A stretch of 64,000 bases of DNA, from assembly GCA_030141605.1 (NCBI GenBank), contig JAQGDQ010000885.1, positions 20,040 through 84,039 of the forward strand, read 5' to 3'. Numbering within the stretch: the stretch's first letter is position 1; each line of letters opens with the position of its first letter. The stretch comes from Tubiluchus corallicola (taxonomy: Eukaryota; Animalia; Priapulida). This document shows, one piece after another, positions 57,657 to 64,000 of this stretch. The position numbers were made by a program, and so were the translations under genes. The notes under the pieces were generated by a model, which made no database searches, had not been told where the DNA came from, and worked only from the letters and a program-made list of their open reading frames with translations.

Positions 57657-59028
57657 GAATTTTAATGTATAATATTTTGTCGTCAATAAGGCTTTTCACA
57701 GTTTCGTTGGGCGCATGCGCAGTTCACGTACCAAGTTCCAAGCTCAAGTGTACCACAGCAACGCATCTTAGCTACAACCGTCACGTGACACGTGTGCAAA
57801 GCAAAGCTGTTTGTCGCATCCGTTCAGTAACTTCTGTTGTTTCTTTGAACTTTAGTTAAATTATGCATTAGTCTGTGCATAAAGTGATTTACTAGCAGAA
57901 TCTTACTAGAATACAAGAAAAAATAAACTAGGTGAGGTTCTAGCTGTTAAAACTGTTTTTGTTACCATAGCATGTGCTGTGAAGCAGTGTCAAGTCTACA
58001 CAAATGCATTGACTGGTACACTTAACCTTTTACCTTTTCACGATCATCATCAATCACCGGAACTGTGAAAAGGCTTTTAGCCGATAGTAGTGCTATTTTA
58101 ATAAGATTAAATCACGGAGAATAATACTATCATTGGAGAATTCCCTCTTCCTACAGCATGTGATTGCGTGACACGCTGCGATATTCAACCGCTAGCTGGC
58201 AAAAAAGTACAATGCATTCCTCATATCTATGACTTTGCTATAACTTCAGCTTGCCATAATATTATTATTATCTATGGTTTACCCGCTCGCCCTTGAAGCA
58301 GGCATGTGCTATTTGCATTAAATCATTTTTAGCATGAAATGAACGTATATAGCGTTGAACTCCGTGGTGAAAATAAGATTTCAGTCCTAAAGTTCTACGC
58401 AATAGTAGCTACAATAATCTTAAAAAGCAACAAAAAATAAAATCATCTTCCAGAGATTTCAGACAAATGTATAAAATAAAAAAAATTGAATCAGTTGATG
58501 TGCCCGACAGAACCTTACCATCCTTCTAGCATGTACCTTAGCAAAATGCTGAACATGACATGGCTTAACGAACTTGGTTTATATCACAATATTAGTGTAG
58601 ATCACAATAATATTATTGCAGAATTCTATTAAACATGCTACTCGGAATACAACAGAAGTGGACCAGCCATTTTATTTTTGATTATTCATAAAACTATTCT
58701 TTGATATTTAATTAAAAGCTCAGTTTGTCATTTTCACAGACTGCAGTTTGACATTGATGACTGACTCAAACTTGTTTTCTTACTTGTCCTCTCGCACAAG
58801 TCGAACAAATTCCGGTACCGAGGTGTTCGAGTTTTGTGTAGTTTACTGTAATTACTGTCTAAAATAATATAGGAATCCATAGATTATATGAATGATGAAA
58901 CGTAGGAAGTAATCAGAAAAAGTGGCTTTAAAAATTGCAACACTATCATATTCATTGTTTATCTACAGGGTAATTCAGGTGGTCCAATTGTGAAGGATTT
59001 TAGGTTGTACTTCAGTGTTCTTTCATTC

Positions 59029-59431
59029 TGTAAACCCCCCCCTATACTGTCCTTTTTAACTGCATTCATATATGTAAGTCTTGACTTGGCTTCTTTCTGT
59101 CATGCTCTACTGACAGAGCTAGTTTACCTGGTTAGTTGGCAGTCTGTTCTTGGCTAAGAAAGTTGTTGTTCTGTCTCAGTTAAACCATTTATTTGTCAAG
59201 AGTAGTAGAGCCATGATGTAAGTTTACTTTGATTGTTATTAGTCTGACTTTATTATTAATTTCCTTGTTTCTTTTTTGGCTCAAATTAGTTTGTTATATT
59301 TTCTTATGATTTTTTTACAGATAAAACGTAATAAAGCTACTCAAACATGAATTATTTTGACTTTGGGCATCATGAAGTAGTAGTCTCTCACAGTTTTATA
59401 TCTTTCTACCATTCTTGTTGGGAAAACTACA
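59029..59431 (+). repeat. Putative 5' LTR of the BEL element
   Basis: Starts TGTAAACC, contains GTAAGT...TTACAG and AATAAA (59330), possible end ...AAACTACA. No second LTR in the window, so boundaries are uncertain. Confidence 0.4.
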
Positions 59432-59641
59432 GGACAGGAGGAGGTTAGCTGAGTACAAAGTCAGACATGGACAGCAATGATGACTGCATTTGTTATACAG
59501 GACAAGCTGTACAGCCTACAAGCCTGGTGTTGATCAGACAGTGACATTGAAAATTTGCAATACCTGGTTTGAGTTCTGTGACCTAGATTCAGCAATAACT
59601 GGTTTATTTGACTAGTATAAATTTTTCACAGCTTGTTTATA

Positions 59642-62314
59642 ATGGCAGAGCCAAAATTTTATGAACTGGCTGCAAAGCAATACACAGAAGAAGAACTGAA
59701 AACAAAAACCAGAGAACAGTTAAAAGAAATACTTCGTCAGAAAGGCTTAGCAGTTGGTGGAATTAAAGCTGAACTAGTGGAGAGAATTATTGCTCATTAT
59801 GTGCCATCAGTGGACTGCCCACCCCCCACAGGTAGTTTCAAGGCGGAAGCTACAGTCAGCCACATGCAGCAGCTACATGCTATAGGTAGCATGGGGGAGC
59901 AACACACCACAAGCACTCGGTCAAGAATTTCCAAAAGTGGTTACTCGAGTTTTAAAACTGGTGGGAAGCTTTCTGAGAATTCTCGCAAGCTTAAGGACAA
60001 TGAATTAAAGATTCAGGAGTGTGAATTAAAACTGCAAGCACTAAAAGTGAAGCAAAAGCGGCTTGAAAATGAGAGTAATTTGGGAAGTGATATTGATAAA
60101 CTGACTGCAAGCCAGAAAAGTTTTAAAGTTAAGGTTGACGAAGTTGCAAGTAAAACTAAAGTGACAGAATGGTTTAAGAAGTCTTCATTGTGTGATGGAA
60201 TATCGGTAGATGAGGCTTATGTTACGCTAGCAACCAACGATCAGTATGCAACAGCTGCTTTGGTACTTGCCAATTCATTGAAGCAGACTGGCACACAAGG
60301 ACAGTTGGTGATCATGATATCTGCTGACGTGACTGTCCAGATGAAGGCTCTTCTTCAAAAGACTTTTGATCAGGTGGAGACCTTTGACATCATTGACAGT
60401 TCGGATCATGAAAATCTAAGTGCAATGGGACGACCTGAGCTGGGTGTGAGTTTCACGAAACTGCATTGCTGGAAACTTACACAGTTTAGTAAATGTGTTT
60501 TCCTTGATGCTGACACTTTGGTTATGTCAAACATAGATGATTTATTTCAGAGGCAGGAATTATCCGCAGCTCCTGATGTTGGCTGGCCGGACTTATTCAA
60601 TTCTGGTGTTTTCGTGTTTAAGCCGGATGTGACAACATATGAACAGTTACTAGCATTTGCTTGTCAAAATGGTAGCTTTGATGGAGGCGATCAGGGACTG
60701 CTGAATATGTTTTTCCATAACTGGGCAGGCGATTTCGACTAACATCTTCCATATACTTACAATATGGTCAATGTTGATGATGATGCGAGGTATGGTTACA
60801 TTCCTGCAATGCGCCAGTTTGAAAGAGATGTCAAGGTAGTACACTTTATTGGTAAGCAGAAGCCTTGGATGAATATGGACGCGCTGCGTTGCCATGAAGC
60901 ATCGCATTTTTCTCGTTATGTAGATGTTTGGAGACAAATATATCGGACACGTGTACAACCACTCATGCATGATTATGGAAAATTCGGACATGAAAATCGC
61001 TCTGAAAATATGCCTCCCTGTAGACAGATGAGAAACTTGAGTGCAATGGCTCCACATTTTATTCCACATCGTGCATCTCCAACGAACGGCAACAATATTC
61101 ATATGGAGGGTTCTACTCCCAGATTTGCAGCTAATATTATGCATGAGCCGTCCACATCACACAATCCTGACCTCAGTGCTATGATCAACTTTATGATGGA
61201 AGGTCAAAGACAGCAGAATAGTATCTACCAGACACTACATTTGCCTAAAGTTGAAGTTGAAGTTTTTGATGGCAATCCATTACATTACTGGCGTTTTATG
61301 AGAAGACTAGAGGCTAGCATAGAGTGTTACACTACAGATGAGTCTGCAAGGTTTAGTCGTCTACTACAATTGTGCACAGGCAGGGCTAAGCAAGTCATTG
61401 AAAGGTGCAACTATATGGAACCACACACTGCATATGCCCATGCTAAGCGATTGTTGGCAGAACGCTTTGGCCAGCCCTACATCATAACACAAGCCTGGGT
61501 AAACAAACTAAAAGAGTTTGGAAGCATTATGCCAAGTGAACCAGAGAAATTATGTGACTTTTCTGATCTGCTAAATAGTTGTATAGAGACACTGTGGTCA
61601 ATGAATAGTCTCGGGGAGCTTAACACTCAAGCGAACATCTTGGACGTGATCAAAAAGCTACCATACAAATATCAAAGCAGATGGCAGACGAAGGTTACTC
61701 AAACTGCAAGATTAGAACATAGGAACCCAGACATGTTTGATGTAAAGAACTTTGTTCAAGAAGTTTCTGAAGAGATGTCTCATCCTGTGTATGGCTGCTT
61801 GTCTGATGCTCGAAAGGTCAGTAAGCTTGGCAGCGATAATGCCAAAGATTACAAAAACAGGAAGGATCCCGTAAAGAGTTTTATCAGCTATTCCAGTTCT
61901 TCATTTGTAACTCCAAGTAAAGAGAAGAGACCTGGCCAGCCAGCTTCAAAGACATGTCTGATGTGTAAGGAAAATCACCATCTTAGAGCATGTGGAAAAT
62001 TCAAGAAAATGACAGATGATGCTCGTCTCCAATACGTCAAGGAAAAACATCTCTGTTTCAATTGTCTAAATCCTGGCAGACATAGAGCAGCGCAGTGTCG
62101 AAGACAAGGATGCAATCAAGCCAATTGCAAAAGAAGGCATTCTGACTTACTCCATGCAGCTTTGGAAAGTTGGTTGCCATCAGATGCAAGCAAGCAAAAG
62201 GGCACACAAACCAGTGAGGCAATGGAAGCTGATGCCACAGTATGTGCATCATCTGCACTTTCTATAAAGGAAAAAAATTGTTTTGCCAGTTGTCGCCGTA
62301 ACTGTTACGTCTGA
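59642..62314 (+). CDS. BEL Gag frame: SAP domain, coiled coil, glycogenin-like GT8 domain, DUF1759 Gag, zinc knuckles (one in-frame TAA at 60740-60742)
   Basis: ORFs 59633-60742 and 60764-62314 are in the same frame (offset 1131 = 377 codons); first ATG at 59642. Confidence 0.85.
60209..60963 (+). other. Glycogenin-like GT8 domain embedded in Gag
   Basis: [101 protein letters not shown]; collinear with glycogenin as I recall it. Confidence 0.92.
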
Positions 62315-64000
62315 AGGCAGCACAAAGTCCATATCTACTTATGCTTTTCTGAAAATAATCGTTCATTTTGCTGTAAAAGACTTTTGAAGCTACTAGGTCT
62401 AAAAGGACATAAAACATCGTTGACGCTTTCCACATTAGGTCAGAAGCAGACTACATCAGTTGAGAAAATTTCTCTTACAGTAAGAGGCAACAACTGTGGA
62501 GAGGCCAAAGAAGCTATTAAACTGAATACAGTTTATGCAATAGATGCCTTTCCAAGCCTCACAGAGAGTATTGTTAAAAAGACTGATTTGTCCACTTTAG
62601 ATCATCTCAGTGACCTCTCATTTCCTGATGTAGACTTTAACTGTGTCATGCTTCTCATTGGACAGGATGTACCGGTTGCCTTGGCACCTCTTGAGGTGAG
62701 AATTGGTTCTTCGCCAATGGATCCTTATGCCATCAGAACTGCACTCGGATGGACTTTAAATGGGCCCATGGGGGGGCGGCCGCCAATCATTATGTTACAT
62801 AGCCAATTACGCTCACGTTGACATAGACAATGATCACATACTGTCAACACAGGTTGAAAAATTTTGGAGATTGGAGAGATGCATCAATGACGATGATGAA
62901 ACTGTAACTCATTCAAAACAAGACAAGCGTGCACTAAAAATCTGGGAAAATAGTATAGTAAAAACTGCTGATAACCATTATCAATTAGCCATTCCCTTTA
63001 AGGAGCACGATCCAAATTTGGAGGATAATCGACCAATGGCTGAATCCAGACTATCAAGTTTGAAGATCAGGCTTTCTAAACATCCAGAACTGCACAAAAA
63101 GTATTCAGCAGAAATCTCCAATCTGTTAACTTGTGGATATGCTGAAGAAGTTGATGAAGATTCAGGCGTCATGGGGAAGATATGGTATATCCCTCATTTC
63201 CCAGTTTTTAATGTCAACAAGCCTGATAAGACTCGCATTGTTTTCGACTGCAGGGCCAAGTTCAATGGAGTCTCACTTAACGACGTTGTTTTGCAAGGTC
63301 CGGACTTGACTAGCAAACTCATAGGAATACGCTTTCGTCTGGAGGACGTCGCTGTCATGGCAGATATTGAAACGATGTTTTACCAGGTCCGTGTCAGGCC
63401 ACTGAGATTCTTATATTGGAGAGACGGAAATCTGGAAGACACTGTAAAAGTTTATCGGATGACAGTTCATCTCTTTGGAGGTGTATGGTCTCCCAGTATC
63501 TCTTCTTTTGCCCTTGGACGCACAGCCACAGACAACGAAGACAAGTACGACAAGGAAATAACCCAGGCTGTTGAACGGAACTTTTACATCGATGATTTTT
63601 TAAAGTCGGTTGATACTGTGGAAGCTGCTTGTAACTTAGTTCATCAAATGACTTCACTATTAGCTGAAGGTAGTTTCAACCTTACCAAATGGCTGAGCAA
63701 CAAGAAAGAAGTCTTGGAAAGCACACCAGCAGAGAAACGTGGAAAATCGGTCAAAACCTTGGATTTGCATTACGACAATTTACCTAGAGAGAGAGTCTTA
63801 GGAGTCGAGTGGGACATGCACAGAGACGTTTTTTATGTCAAAATCAAGCTCAAGCAGAAACCCTACACTAGAAGAGGTTTTTATGCTCAGTGTATGATCC
63901 CCTGGGCTTCTTATCTCCCTATGTTGTTAGAGGAAAACTTCTCTTTCAGGAAGCCACTGTGCTTCACAGGAAGTCTTGGAATGATGAATTGGACAGTGGT
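62278..64000 (+). pseudogene. BEL pol (protease, RT, start of the RNase H region), disrupted
   Basis: Frameshift at the A-run near 62270; protease catalytic D-x-G apparently deleted near 62350; small deletions in RT (near 63330 and 63400); YIDD motif at 63585-63596. Confidence 0.85.

Larger units (their letters stand above)
59029..64000 (+). mobile_element. BEL/Pao LTR retrotransposon, degenerate, running off the window
   Basis: Gag DUF1759-like [19 protein letters not shown]; three Cys/His knuckles [43 protein letters not shown]; protease region LLIGQD...TALGWTLNG; RT motifs WYIPHFPV, KTRIVFDC, SLNDVVLQGPDL, ADIETMFYQV, FYIDD; RVLGVEWD. Confidence 0.93.

Noticed and set aside
60740-60742. 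Programmed read-through at the TAA inside the glycogenin domain
   Set aside because: It falls mid-domain at a position that is Lys in glycogenin, and the element has other lesions, so a point mutation is simpler.
59633-60742. Calling this ORF the host glycogenin gene
   Set aside because: It is intronless, lacks a glycogenin C-terminus, and is in frame with SAP upstream and BEL Gag downstream.
62268-62280. Programmed gag-pol frameshift at the A-run
   Set aside because: BEL elements usually encode one polyprotein; a homopolymer indel or sequencing error is more likely.

Overview
AT-rich eukaryotic DNA, probably from an invertebrate animal (GT-AG introns, TTAGGG-like repeat, SINE/LINE/LTR content); no prokaryotic features. 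Left to right: (1) the first 10 coding exons of a minus-strand thioester-protein family gene (TEP/CD109/alpha-2-macroglobulin), with a decayed LINE in intron 1; (2) a tandem triplication of a cadherin-like type-I membrane protein gene with an intronless ORF, whose copies differ mainly by amino-acid-changing substitutions and a length-variable Cys-bounded loop in the N-terminal domain; (3) an apparently intact LINE inserted into the (GA)n tract of copy 2, with a TAATG ORF1/ORF2 overlap and no ORF2 stop codon of its own; (4) MITEs, a V-SINE-like element, solo-LTR-like repeats and minisatellites; (5) an intronless ADCY9-like pseudogene next to a 4.6-kb 16-bp satellite; (6) a BEL/Pao LTR retrotransposon whose Gag frame carries an N-terminal SAP domain and a complete glycogenin-like (GT8) domain with the catalytic motifs retained. 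Item 6 is the most striking observation. All calls come from reading the sequence; no database searches were run.
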